In this document: positions 8,876 to 18,868 of the stretch, in pieces | Numbering within the stretch: the first letter of the stretch is position 1 | Layout of the letters: the number at the start of each line of letters is the position of its first letter | NCBI GenBank assembly: GCA_963662745.2 | Contig: CAXXUI010000002.1 | Coordinates: forward strand, 1,176,024-1,240,023 | Origin: Bryobacterales bacterium | Lineage (GTDB): Bacteria > Acidobacteriota > Terriglobia > Bryobacterales > UBA6623 | Direction: 5' to 3' | DNA: 64,000 nucleotides | The notes under the pieces: generated by a model | What the model was told of the DNA's origin: nothing | The model's input: only the letters and a program-made list of their open reading frames with translations | The model's database searches: none | Made by a program: the position numbers and the translations under genes

Positions 8876-10189
8876 ATGAGCCCCATGAAGCGCCATATCG
8901 CTGTCTTCCTCATGCTGGCCTGCCCACTGCTGGCCGACGGGAACTGGCCGCAGTGGCGCGGTCCCAGCTTGAACGGCACCAGCCCGGCCAAAGGCCTCGC
9001 CGTGAGCTGGAGTACGACCGAGAATGTGCTGTGGCGCGCCAAGCTGCCCAGTTGGGCGGCGGCGACCCCGATCATCTGGGACGACACGGTGTTCGTCACT
9101 TCGGCCGAGGAAGGCTCCAGCCTCAATCGCCCGAACTCGCGGCTCCTCGGCGGCGGGGGCGAGGATCGTGACCGCCTCTACCTGATCGCGGTTGATCGCG
9201 AGACGGGCCGCATCCGCTGGCAGCAGTCGATCGGGCGCGGCAACCGCATCGGCAACAAGCAGAACATGGCCTCGCCTTCCCCCGTAACAGACGGCGAGCA
9301 TGTTTGGGTGACCAACGGGAACGGCGAGCTGCGCTGCTTTGACTTCTCCGGACGCCAGGTGTGGATTCGGGACCTGCAGAAGGACTACGGCGAGTTCGGC
9401 GTGCAGTTCGGCTACGCCTCGTCCCCGCTGCTGCGGAAGGGCGTGCTCTATGTCCAGAACCTCCAAGGGATGTTCACGGACGATCCCTCGTACCTTGTCG
9501 CGATCGATGCCGCGACGGGCCGCACGATCTGGAAGGTCGACCGGCCTACGGACGCGTTGCATGAGACGCCCGACTCCTACTCCACTCCCACAGTGGTCGA
9601 GGCGGACGGACGGGTCCTGCTCGTAGTGGCCGGGGGCGGCTACGTCACAGGCCACGATTTGGCCACCGGGGAAGAAGTCTGGCGGGGCGGCGGCCTGAAC
9701 CCAAACAACGCCCGGAACTACCGCACCATCGCCTCCGCCCTGGTGGTCGGCGACATCGTGCTCGCTCCCTCCCGGCGGCGGCCGTTCATTGCGTTCCGGG
9801 CGGACGGGAGCGGGGACGTCACCCAGTCCGGGCGCCTGTGGTCGACGGACTATGGTCCGGACGTGCCGACGCCCACCAGTGACGGGGAGCGGTTGTACAT
9901 CGTGGACGACAAGGGCATCGTGCTGTGCCTCGGCGTCCGCGACGGAAGCGTGATCTGGGACCGCACTCGGATCGAGCCCGGAACGTACAGCGCTTCGCCG
10001 CTGCTGGCCGACGGCAAGATCTACGCCATCAGCGAGGACGGCACGACGACCGTGCTGAAGGCCGGCGGCGACTTCGAGGTGCTGGCCGTGAACCGGCTCG
10101 ACGACTACACCTTGGCGTCACCGGCCGCCGCTGGCGACCAGCTCTTCATCAGGACGGCCGGCTACCTGTACTGCATCGCGAAGCGCTGA
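8876..10189 (+). CDS. PQQ-like beta-propeller repeat protein (BamB/outer-membrane PQQ-enzyme-repeat family), secreted
   Basis: Signal peptide MKRHIAVFLMLACPLLADG and the NWPQWRGPSLNG motif. Propeller blades repeat, for example VFV.s..g.l.a.D..TG...W. Confidence 0.8.
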   Translation: MSPMKRHIAVFLMLACPLLADGNWPQWRGPSLNGTSPAKGLAVSWSTTENVLWRAKLPSWAAATPIIWDDTVFVTSAEEGSSLNRPNSRLLGGGGEDRDRLYLIAVDRETGRIRWQQSIGRGNRIGNKQNMASPSPVTDGEHVWVTNGNGELRCFDFSGRQVWIRDLQKDYGEFGVQFGYASSPLLRKGVLYVQNLQGMFTDDPSYLVAIDAATGRTIWKVDRPTDALHETPDSYSTPTVVEADGRVLLVVAGGGYVTGHDLATGEEVWRGGGLNPNNARNYRTIASALVVGDIVLAPSRRRPFIAFRADGSGDVTQSGRLWSTDYGPDVPTPTSDGERLYIVDDKGIVLCLGVRDGSVIWDRTRIEPGTYSASPLLADGKIYAISEDGTTTVLKAGGDFEVLAVNRLDDYTLASPAAAGDQLFIRTAGYLYCIAKR

Positions 10190-10229
10190 CCGGCCGTCCG
10201 CCAGTCTTGGCGCCGGCCGCGGCGCTGTG

Positions 10230-11708
10230 CTACCGCAGCGCCAGTTCGGATTCCTGCGCGACCGCTTGCACGGCGATCACGTCGCCCTCGCTCAAGCCGG
10301 ACAGGACCACCGCCTCGATGTCGCTGACCGGTCCGAGCTCGAGTCGGCGGGGCGCGAAGTCGTCCCCGTCTCGGACCCAAACCTGGGGCGCTCCGTCGGC
10401 CGCTTCCCCGATCGCGGCCCTGGGGATCACGAGCGCGTCGTCCAACTCCTCCACCACGATGTCCGCGCTGGCCGAGAGGTCCGGCTTGACCCGGTCGTCT
10501 GATTCGAGGATTTCCACCTCGACTGGCACTTGCTTGATCCACTCGCCCCGGCCGCCGCGCGAGCCGGGCGGGCCGCGTCGACCGCCTCCGCCCCCGCCTC
10601 CGCCCGAGACTGCCATCGCGCCAACTGCCCGCACCCGGCCCGGGAACGTGACGTCCGGATAGGCATCCAGCCGGACTTGGACCGGCAGACCCAGCTGCAC
10701 CAGCTGGCTATCCGCCTGGTTTAACTGGGCGTAGACGGCCATGCTCGACAAGTCCACCACCCGCATGAAGTACGAGCCGGCATAGACCTGGTCGCCTGGA
10801 GACGCTTGCTGGAACGTCCCTCGGTTGAACATCGTCTCAATGACGACCAAGCCTCCGACCGGAGTTCGAACCTTCATCTTCTCCAAGTCCGCCTGGGTCC
10901 GCTCCATGCGCCGGCTGTCCTGCTCGACGGTGATCTCCAGGCTGCGCGTCTCGGCGGCGTCCGCGGCCTCCTGCAGCCTCACCTCGTGCGCCAGTTGCTC
11001 GGTTGAGGCTCTTCCCTCCTGCGCCATCAGATTGAAGATCTCCGCCTGGATCGCGGATCGGACCTCGGCAGTGAGCAGGTCCAACTCTGACTTGTCCGTC
11101 TCGGCCTTGGTGGTCCGGTAGGTCTGCCGCAGCGTCTCCGTCGCTATCAGCATCTCGGCCTTCCTCGTGCCCACCAGCGACCTGGTCTGGGCGAGTGTGG
11201 AGGAGTAGTTGTCCAGAACATCCTGGGTCCGCTTGGACTCGAACTCGGCAACGACCTCGCCGGGTGCCACGATGCTGCCAGGTTCGGCCAAGGTCTGGAT
11301 CGTCAGCCCGGATCCGCCGCCGCGATCACGCCCGCCCTCCATCCGAGGCGCCCGGATCATCGCGAAGTTGGAGGCTCCGACGGTGCCCCCGATGCGCACC
11401 GATCGTTGGAACGTAGTCCTCTGGGCCTCCACGGTGGCGACGGCAGTTCCCTCCCTGTTGTTGGCTTGGGAGACGCTCGGGCGCACTAGGCTCTGCATAA
11501 CCGCGCCGACGAGGATGCCGCCGACCACCAGCAGCCCGATCCCCCATAGAGGGATCCGCGGACCTGGGCCTTGCTCGTCCGCCTCCGCGCCAGCGCCGGA
11601 AGCCGGCCGCGTGCCTGGCGGCGACTGTTCCTCCTCGCTCGCGGATGCGGCCCAAGGCAGCAGCTTGCCAAGGGGCGCGATGTGCGCTAAGGAAATCAGG
11701 TCGCTCAT
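10230..11708 (-). CDS. HlyD-family efflux periplasmic adaptor (membrane fusion protein)
   Basis: Has a TM anchor IPLWGIGLLVVGGILVGAV, a long coiled-coil region, and a beta-barrel/lipoyl-like segment. ATG 11708 was chosen. The C-terminal half contains a Gly/Arg-rich insert, SGGGGGGGRRGPPGSRGGRG. Confidence 0.75.
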   Translation of the reverse strand: MSDLISLAHIAPLGKLLPWAASASEEEQSPPGTRPASGAGAEADEQGPGPRIPLWGIGLLVVGGILVGAVMQSLVRPSVSQANNREGTAVATVEAQRTTFQRSVRIGGTVGASNFAMIRAPRMEGGRDRGGGSGLTIQTLAEPGSIVAPGEVVAEFESKRTQDVLDNYSSTLAQTRSLVGTRKAEMLIATETLRQTYRTTKAETDKSELDLLTAEVRSAIQAEIFNLMAQEGRASTEQLAHEVRLQEAADAAETRSLEITVEQDSRRMERTQADLEKMKVRTPVGGLVVIETMFNRGTFQQASPGDQVYAGSYFMRVVDLSSMAVYAQLNQADSQLVQLGLPVQVRLDAYPDVTFPGRVRAVGAMAVSGGGGGGGGRRGPPGSRGGRGEWIKQVPVEVEILESDDRVKPDLSASADIVVEELDDALVIPRAAIGEAADGAPQVWVRDGDDFAPRRLELGPVSDIEAVVLSGLSEGDVIAVQAVAQESELALR

Positions 11709-11915
11709 CGGTAATTGCAGCCGGGGCCGCTGCTGATATGGCGAGTTCCAACGGTGTCGGGTTATCCTTCCGAGGCATCGAACGAGGTCCGTCCTCCCGA
11801 CAAGGAGGGCAGGCTGACGCTCCCGGTGCCAGCCACCGGGTTGCAAGGTGCCACCATAGGGGACGGCAGGGAGACCCAAGGGCGCGGCCGACCGGGCTCC
11901 CGCACTAGCAAGTCA

Positions 11916-13796
11916 ATGCCTCTCCCTCAGCACCGCCACATCTTCCTTCGTACTGCGCACTTTCCGCGCCGCCCGGCGGTCCTTGCGCTGGCGCTGCTGG
12001 CGCTGCTGGCTGCAGCCCCGGCTGCCGAGACGCCGCCGGAGGAGCGCTACCTGCAGCATGTCCGCTTCCTCGCCTCCCCCGAGATGCGGGGGCGCGGTGC
12101 GGGCATGCCGGAGCTGGACCGGGCGGCCGAGTACATCGCGGACCGTTTCCGCGATTTCGGGTTGCGCCCGGCAGGGGACGGCGGAACCTACCTCCAGCCC
12201 TTCGAAGTGACGACGGACGCGTCGTTGGGAGATGCCAATGCTCTGCAAGTGCGGCGCAACCGAGGGACGGCGGATCTCGAGCTGCAGCGCGACTTTGTAC
12301 CGATCAACTTCTCCGCCAGCGGCGCCGTGGAAGGAGACGTCGTCTTCGCCGGCTACGGAGCGACGGCGGAGGAGTTCAGCTACGACGACTACTTCCACCT
12401 CGACGTCACGGGCAAGGTCGTTCTGGTCCTGCGTTACGAGCCGTCCTTCTTCCGTGACGGCGGGGAAGAGCCCTCAGACGGCCGCCGTCGGGGCAGGGAG
12501 CGCCGCTACACGCGCCATTCGCACCTGATCGCCAAGGCTATCCAGGCCCGCAACCGCGGTGCCGCGGCTCTGCTCGTGGTCGATGCGCGCGGACGGAGCG
12601 AGCGACTGATCCGCTTCGGCAGCGTGTCTGGTCCCACCGATGCCGGCATCCCCATGGTGCAGGTCAAGAGCGACATCGTCGAGGGCTGGCTGCGCGGCTC
12701 GGGTCGGTCCCTGCGCGTGCTGCAGCGCGACATCGACGCTTCCAAGCGACCGCAGTCGTTCGCGTTGGCGGCGTCCTTGCGAGTCAGCTTGGAGGTCGAT
12801 GTCGACCACCAGCGAGCGGTCGTCAGCAATGTCGCGGGCTACCTGCCCAGCGCCGATGAGAAGTATGTCGTGCTCGGGGCGCACTACGACCATCTGGGGC
12901 TCGGCTCCCAGCACTCGCTTTCCCCGTCGCAGGTCGGCAAGGTCCATCCCGGAGCCGACGACAACGCTTCGGGTGTGGCCGCCCTGCTGGAGCTGGCTCG
13001 CGGCTACGCGGCCGCGGGGGCCCCGCCGCCTGTGGGCCTGCTGTTCCTGGCCTTCGCAGGCGAGGAGATCGGCCTGCTGGGTTCCAGCCACTGGACCGAG
13101 CATCCGACCCTGCCGCTGGAGCAAGCCGTAGCCATGCTGAACTTCGACATGGTGGGCCGGATCCAGGACGGACGGCTCTATGTGGGAGGAACCGGGTCGG
13201 CCGAGCCGCTGGCCTCGCTCGTGGAGCGCTCGGCCGCCTCGCGCGAGATGAAGATCGACACTTCGCGCTCTGCCTACAGCTCCAGCGACCACACTTCGTT
13301 CATCGCCAAGCAGATCCCGTCGCTGTTCTTCTTCTCCGGCCTGCACTCCGACTACCACAAGCCTACCGACACCGCGGATAAGATCGACGCCGAGTCGGCT
13401 GTGGCCCTGCTCGGCCTGGCGCGCGACATCGTGGGCGGGCTCGCGTCCCAGCGCGGCGAGCTGGCGTTCCAGCAAGGTGCGGCGGAGTCCGGCCACCAAG
13501 CGCCCTCCGGCACGGGCGGCGGTTCAGGCTACGGCCCGTGGTTCGGCTCAGTGCCCGACTTCGGAGAGGTTCCGGACGGGGTCAAGTTCGCCGACGTCCG
13601 CCCTGGTTCGCCCGCTGCGGTGGCCGGCCTGGAGGGCGGTGACATTCTGACGCATTGGAACGGCGACCCGGTGAAGAACCTGTACGACTTCACTTATGCC
13701 TTGCGCGACTCCGAAGTCGGCGAGGTGGTCCGGGTGCGCTTCCTCCGCGATGGGCGGGAGCGCTCGGCGGACGTGAAGCTCGCCGAGCGGCCCTGA
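11916..13796 (+). CDS. M28 family metallopeptidase with C-terminal PDZ domain
   Basis: Signal peptide AVLALALLALLAAAPAA. M28 motifs HYDHLG, ADDNASGVAALLELA and FAGEEIGLLGS. PDZ-like GSPAAVAGLEGGDILTHWNG. Confidence 0.88.
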   Translation: MPLPQHRHIFLRTAHFPRRPAVLALALLALLAAAPAAETPPEERYLQHVRFLASPEMRGRGAGMPELDRAAEYIADRFRDFGLRPAGDGGTYLQPFEVTTDASLGDANALQVRRNRGTADLELQRDFVPINFSASGAVEGDVVFAGYGATAEEFSYDDYFHLDVTGKVVLVLRYEPSFFRDGGEEPSDGRRRGRERRYTRHSHLIAKAIQARNRGAAALLVVDARGRSERLIRFGSVSGPTDAGIPMVQVKSDIVEGWLRGSGRSLRVLQRDIDASKRPQSFALAASLRVSLEVDVDHQRAVVSNVAGYLPSADEKYVVLGAHYDHLGLGSQHSLSPSQVGKVHPGADDNASGVAALLELARGYAAAGAPPPVGLLFLAFAGEEIGLLGSSHWTEHPTLPLEQAVAMLNFDMVGRIQDGRLYVGGTGSAEPLASLVERSAASREMKIDTSRSAYSSSDHTSFIAKQIPSLFFFSGLHSDYHKPTDTADKIDAESAVALLGLARDIVGGLASQRGELAFQQGAAESGHQAPSGTGGGSGYGPWFGSVPDFGEVPDGVKFADVRPGSPAAVAGLEGGDILTHWNGDPVKNLYDFTYALRDSEVGEVVRVRFLRDGRERSADVKLAERP

Positions 13797-13822
13797 CAGG
13801 CCCGTTCCTCGGCTGCCTTGGT

Positions 13823-15055
13823 TTAGCCGCTGAAGACCCGGCCCCTGTGCTGGCCGATCAGCAGCTGGAACAGGCGGTGAGCCATTAGCTCGTGCAGCGT
13901 CAGCAGCTCGCGATTGGCCGCGACAATGCCGTCGGGGTCGCTCGGTCCGCCGCCTCCGGCCCGCAGCGCCGCGGTCGCCTCCTGCATGACTGGGTCTGCA
14001 AGCACTTCGCCGGCGATGTTCCACAACGTGATGAAGCGGTCCACCGCGCCGGGGAAGCTGACCTTCCACACTCCGTAGTTCGAGGTGGTGCGCGGCGGCT
14101 TGAAGTCCAAGTTGAACGGGCCCCGGTAGCCGTGCGAGCGCAGCAGGACGAGCACGTTCAGCCAGTCCAGCGGGTTGACGACGCCGATGCCGAGGTCCAC
14201 GTCGTGCTTGAGCGGGTAGCCGTCGTTGATGTCGAAGTGAAACAACTTCTTGCAAAGCAGCGCCCGCGCGAGCACGGCGCGCGTGGCCCCGCCCCACATC
14301 AGCTCGTGCAGGTACTCGGGATTGAGGCCCACCATCTCGGGATGGTCCAGCAGCCCGCTGGAGATGAACGCGAGCATGGCGTCGCTGCTGGGCAGGATGA
14401 TCTGGGCCTGCGGCTCGAAGGGCTTGGCCTCCAGGCAGTGCTTGAGTGGCTCCCGGCCCTTCTCGGCGGCCACCTCCAAATCCCGCTCGCAGGCCGCGTT
14501 CAGGCCGTCGGCGAACCACCGCAGTGTCTCGGTCTCGTCGATCGCTCCCTGTACCATGTAGCCGAGCGTCCCCGGCCAGTAGACGGCGAACTGCGCGCCC
14601 AGCTCGTGGCCGATGTCGACCGTGTTTGCCAATCGGCGGGCGGCGTAGGAGCGAACCTCGGGTGCCTCGGCGGCGGGACTGGCCGCGAACACGGGGTGGT
14701 GGAACGTCTCGCAAGTGACCATTGAGCAGCGGACGCCGTGCTCGTCGAGGGACCGGTTGATGCGTTCGACAACCTCCCACTGCCGGTCGGTGAGCAAGTC
14801 GTCGGTAGGGATGACGTCGGTGTCGTGAGTGGCCCAGCAGGGGATGCCCAGTTCCCCCAGGTGGCGGATCACGTCTTCGAAACCCACCGGCTCCCTAGTG
14901 GGAGCGTGGAACAGCGCGTGCCCTTCGTAGCTGGCCGCCCACTGGGGCCCGCTGATGAAGTGCTCGCGCCGCTGATCGGGCGTGTAGCTGCCGCCTGCCA
15001 TGTTCACGAGGCGGTCGGTCAGCGATCGCTGCTGCGACGGGGGAATCGGTGCCAT
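13823..15055 (-). CDS. Xylose-isomerase-like TIM-barrel sugar isomerase (XylA-related)
   Basis: WATHDTDVIP, LEAKPFEPQ, VGLNPEYLHELMWG, LFHFDINDG and NLDFKPPRT parallel the XylA motifs FHDxD, EPKPxEP, NPExGHE, HIDLN and FDxxxxR. The exact substrate is unknown. Confidence 0.65.
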   Translation of the reverse strand: MAPIPPSQQRSLTDRLVNMAGGSYTPDQRREHFISGPQWAASYEGHALFHAPTREPVGFEDVIRHLGELGIPCWATHDTDVIPTDDLLTDRQWEVVERINRSLDEHGVRCSMVTCETFHHPVFAASPAAEAPEVRSYAARRLANTVDIGHELGAQFAVYWPGTLGYMVQGAIDETETLRWFADGLNAACERDLEVAAEKGREPLKHCLEAKPFEPQAQIILPSSDAMLAFISSGLLDHPEMVGLNPEYLHELMWGGATRAVLARALLCKKLFHFDINDGYPLKHDVDLGIGVVNPLDWLNVLVLLRSHGYRGPFNLDFKPPRTTSNYGVWKVSFPGAVDRFITLWNIAGEVLADPVMQEATAALRAGGGGPSDPDGIVAANRELLTLHELMAHRLFQLLIGQHRGRVFSG

Positions 15056-15088
15056 GGGAACCAGTAGAACCCGACCGCGGTCCTCGCG

Positions 15089-15751
15089 TCAAGGCGGCGG
15101 CCGCGGGCCGCCTCGTCCGGCCTCGCGGAGGGCCGCGAACGGCTTGCGGAGCAGCAGGTCGAAGAGTTCGCCGGGGAGCTGGAAGATCTCGGTCCCGAAC
15201 GGCCTCGCGCCGTGGCCCACGATGAGCACGCCGCGACGGTGCAGGAAGTAGCCCACCAAGCAGGTGAACATCGAGAAGCCGACCGAAGCGGCGACGCTCT
15301 CGTAGAGCTTGGCTGTGCCGCGCAGCGAGTGGACGGCCAACTCGATCGCGTGGCCCAGCGCGGGCAGGGCCAGCATCATGGCCAAGCCGGCCTTCCAGGC
15401 CGGCCGCACGCGCCGGAACGTCTGCGACAGCGACGCCAGCGAGCCGACCATCGGCGCCCGGTAGCACAGCTCGGTGAGCAGCGCGCTGACGGCGCTGTCC
15501 CAGCCCGCCGCCAAGTTCACCGAGAAGAAGATCGTCCCGCGCGCGGCGAAGCTCAGCACGGCGTTCTTCCAGTTCCAGTAGCGGACCACCCACCGCAGCG
15601 GGTTGCGGGTCAGCGCCGACAGCGCCTCGCCGAGAGTGGTCGGCAATTCGTCGTCCCGGTTCGGGGCGGCGGTTCGGGGCGCCGGTTGCATTGGCGGAAC
15701 GAGCCGCTCCCGGCGAGCGGCTGTGGTCCCCTCCAGCAGCCTCTTCCTCAA
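15089..15751 (-). CDS. Hypothetical integral membrane protein (last gene of the TPP-enzyme/cytochrome module, copy A, intact)
   Basis: 220-aa ORF with several hydrophobic segments (GTIFFSVNLAAGW, AGLAMMLALPALGHAI, VGFSMFTCLVGYFL). A truncated paralogue lies at 21746..21915. Confidence 0.6.
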   Translation of the reverse strand: MRKRLLEGTTAARRERLVPPMQPAPRTAAPNRDDELPTTLGEALSALTRNPLRWVVRYWNWKNAVLSFAARGTIFFSVNLAAGWDSAVSALLTELCYRAPMVGSLASLSQTFRRVRPAWKAGLAMMLALPALGHAIELAVHSLRGTAKLYESVAASVGFSMFTCLVGYFLHRRGVLIVGHGARPFGTEIFQLPGELFDLLLRKPFAALREAGRGGPRPPP

Positions 15752-15818
15752 CCGATGAAGCGGATACCTCTATTGGAGCACCTGGCAGCCGCCACGGTCG
15801 CTCCGCCTCGCCGGGCGC

Positions 15819-16343
15819 TCACTGACCGAGGTCGTGGCAAAGGTGGCAGTCGATCGACGCGCCACGCTCGACATGGCAGCTCATGCAGGCCTCCATGCTC
15901 GTGGACAACTCTTGCTGCAGCTCGTCTCTCGTCGCCACCGGCCCGTGGCAGGCGGGGCAGCCCACCTCGGTGGCGGCGTGCTCTTGGTGGCTGAAGAAGA
16001 CGAAGTCGGGCACGCGGTAGACCCGCACCCAGGCGATCCTCGATCCGGGCGGGAGTGCGGCGAGGTTCCGCACGCCCGGCCGGTCAGCGGCCAAGACCTG
16101 ATGGCAGAGCATGCAAGCGTCCCGGTCGGGCAAACCCGCCCGTTCGGACCTGCTCGAGCCCGCGTGGCAGTCGCTGCAGTCCACACCGAGGTCAGCGTGC
16201 AGGCGGTGGCTGAAGGGCACGGGCTGGGGGGCCACAGCCCGCGGCAGATCTTCCTCCGGCCCCGTGTAGGGAGCGTTCCGGGCCCCCAAGCCCGCGACTA
16301 GCGCCACGGCTGCGGCGACTGCGGCCGGCGGCGTCCGTCGCAC
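15819..16343 (-). CDS. Pentaheme c-type cytochrome (cytochrome c3/ActA-like), copy A
   Basis: Five CxxCH motifs (CSDCH, CMLCH, CPACH, CMSCH, CHLCH) plus FSHRLH and FSHQEH. GTG 16343 was chosen by comparison with copy B. Signal-like PPAAVAAAVALVAGLGA. Confidence 0.85.
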   Translation of the reverse strand: MRRTPPAAVAAAVALVAGLGARNAPYTGPEEDLPRAVAPQPVPFSHRLHADLGVDCSDCHAGSSRSERAGLPDRDACMLCHQVLAADRPGVRNLAALPPGSRIAWVRVYRVPDFVFFSHQEHAATEVGCPACHGPVATRDELQQELSTSMEACMSCHVERGASIDCHLCHDLGQ

Positions 16344-16350
16344 GGCGGCC

Positions 16351-18001
16351 CTAAGGCTTGCGTCTTGCGACTTGGTAGCGCGTGAAGGGCGAACCGACGC
16401 CGGCGATCTCGATGTTGACCAGGAAGGGCTTGTCGCTGCGGAAGGCCCGGTCGAGCGCGTCCGGGAGCTGGTCACGCGAGGTGACGTGCGCGCCGTCCCC
16501 GCCGAAACCCTGCATCACGAGGTCGTAGCGCGTCCGCCGCAATTCGCAGGCGACAGTGTCCGCATCGGGGTAGAACCCTCGCTGCAGCTCGCGCTCGACA
16601 CCCCAGCCGCCGTCATTGCCGACGATGATCACGACCGGCAGGCCGAACCGGACGGCGGTGTCGAGCTCGCCGATGTAGAAGCCCAGCGAGCCGTCGCCGG
16701 TGATGACGACCGCCGGCGAGTCCGGCCGGCAGATCTGCGCGCTCAGCCCGACCGGCAGGCCGACTCCGAGTCCGGCCAGCCATCCCAAGCGCATCCAGCG
16801 CCCGGGGTACTTGGCTTGGAGCATGTAGCGGCCTCAATGGACGAAGTCCCCGCCGTCCCAGCAGATTGTGGCGTCCTCGGGAATCCTCTCGCGGAGGATC
16901 TGGTAGGCATGCAAGGGGTGCATGGGGCTGCTCGACCGGGCGGCTTCGGCCTCGACTCAGGCCCGGTAGGCGTCGCAACCGCGCCCCACCTCGGCCAGCC
17001 AGTGCGCGTGGTCGGGAATCCGCCTTCCGGACAGCGCCGTCTTGGCGTCCGCCTGCAATCCCACCTCGAGCGCCCGGTTGAGGCCGAGCTCGGTTCCGGA
17101 GATGTCGATCTGAACGATGCGGGCGCGCGGGTCGAAGACCAGCGGCCCGCCCATCCGCATCGAGTAATCCAGCCGCTTGCCGATGACGACCACCAAGTCC
17201 GCCTGCAGCAGGGCGCTCTCGGCGCCCGGGTTGATCGTCGCGTCGGCGTACCCGAAGCACAGCTCGTGCTCGTCGGACACCATCCCGCGTGCCAGCGTCG
17301 TCGTGAACAGCGGCAGCCGGGCGGTCTCGACGAACTCCCGCAGTTCGCGTTCGGCTCCCGACCAATAGGCGCCGGAGCCCGCCACCACTGCCGGGCGCTC
17401 GGCGCTGGCCAGCAGGTCCACCACGCGGTCCACAGCCCCGCTCTCCGGGGCGCTGCGCAGCAAACCGACCTTCCCCGAGAGTATCGGAGCGTGCTGGGCG
17501 TTGCGTTCGGTGAACAGGTCGACCGGCACGCTCAGGTGGGCCGCCCCAGGCCGCCCCCGCAACATGGACAGGAAGGCTCGCTTCACGTGGAACGGCAGCT
17601 GGGACGACCTCGCCGGCACGGCCGCGTACTTCGTGATCCCCTGCACCAGCTTGAGCTGATCCATGTCTTGGAAGGCGTCGCGGTCCCGCGCCCGGGAGTC
17701 ACTCATTCCGCTCACCGAGAGCATGGGGACGCCGGTGGCATGCGCCGTGGCGATGCCGGTGATCGGATTGGTGTGGCCCCGGGGCGCCGGTGACCATGGA
17801 GACGCTTGGTGTTCGCGTCAGGCGGCTCCAGCCGTCCGCCATATGCACGGCCGCCGACTCGTGGCGCGTGTCGTCGACCCGCATGTCGTGCCGGACGGCC
17901 GCCTGCAAGACATCGTTGAGGTGGTCCCCAACCAGCGTGAACAGGCGGTCGACGCCCTGGCTGCGGAGGCTGCGCACGAAGAGCTCCGATCCGCTCAGCA
18001 T
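16351..18001 (-). pseudogene. Thiamine-pyrophosphate enzyme (acetolactate-synthase-like family), copy A, inactivated
   Basis: Collinear with intact copy B (22515..24185) but split into ORFs 16351..16824, 16957..17724 and 17699..18052. Lesions are in-frame TGA at 16834-16836 and 16957-16959, an extra C in the run 17777-17780 (frameshift), and a 21-bp deletion near 17036. Confidence 0.85.
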
Positions 18002-18047
18002 GATCTTGCAGGATGCTACCCTCCCCGGCGTCGCGCGCCGATTCCGG

Positions 18048-18429
18048 AACACGCCCCGACCCCCGCGGCTGCACGTTCAAGGGCCTGGCCACGGGCTCCC
18101 GCAAGCAGCACGGCGGATTCTGGCTGCCGCCTCCCGATGCCGACCCCGCCTGCGTGCTGCTCACCGAAGGTGCAGTCGACGCCCTCTCGGCCCGCCTGCT
18201 GCCCCAGCACCTGCCCGCCGACACGCTGATCGCCTCCACGGCCGGCGTCGCCCGCCAACTCCCGGCCGGGCTGTTGGATTTCCCGGCCAGCGCCATCCTC
18301 TGCGGATACGACACCGACGCCGCCGGCGAGCGCGCCGCCGACGCCCTGCAAGAGTGCCATCCCGGCCTGCGCCGACTGCGCCCCACCGACGCCGGTGACT
18401 GGAACGACCTGCTGCAGGCTCAGGCCTAG
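18048..18429 (+). pseudogene. 5'-truncated Toprim-domain gene fragment (conjugative/plasmid primase-like C-terminus)
   Basis: GFWLPPPD...VLLTEGAVDALSA...IASTAG...ILCGYDTDAAGERAADAL...DWNDLL follows the typical Toprim pattern. Homology starts right at the duplication boundary. Confidence 0.55.
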
Positions 18430-18754
18430 AAGATCGTCCCCTGCCCCCCACAAGCCGAACCGGGCCTGAGCCCCAGCCGGCGGCGGTGCAGCCCTGCCCT
18501 CCACACGGTGGTCGCGGTCGAGCTTCCGTACAGCCCCCGGCCGAACTGACCGACGCCTGAGCCGTCCAGTCCTGCCGCAAATGGCCCATACCCTACCGCA
18601 AGAAAGACAAGCTTCTGTCCCGGCTGCCCCTTCCGGCCACTCGACAGCAGCATCCCAACATCTTCCGCTCAATGTGACAAACCACCCCATCGGCCATGTC
18701 TAAACAATCCGCCTCAACCGTGCCCAACCTACTCGAAATTCAACAGCGGGCGGA

Positions 18755-18868
18755 GAGAGTGTGTCGCGCCAGCGCGTGGCGCGACTGATGAGGGCCTTGG
18801 GGCTGCAGTGTGTGACACGGCGGCGGCCAAGGTCCACGACCCGCTCGCAGCCGGGGTCGACCCGCTAG
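18755..18868 (+). mobile_element. IS3-family transposase (OrfB N-terminal region) fragment
   Basis: The translated fragment SVSRQRVARLMRALGLQCVTRRRPRSTTRSQPGS resembles the IS3 OrfB vs.kRVaRLMre.GL...rr...tT pattern. It is short and isolated. Confidence 0.45.

Larger units (their letters stand above)
15174..18047. repeat. Segmental duplication, copy A (direct repeat of 21746..24231)
   Basis: Alignment by eye found roughly 11 mismatches in a 270-nt stretch. Similarity starts at GGGAGCTGGAAGATCTCGG and ends at ...CGCGCCGATTCCGG. Confidence 0.9.
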
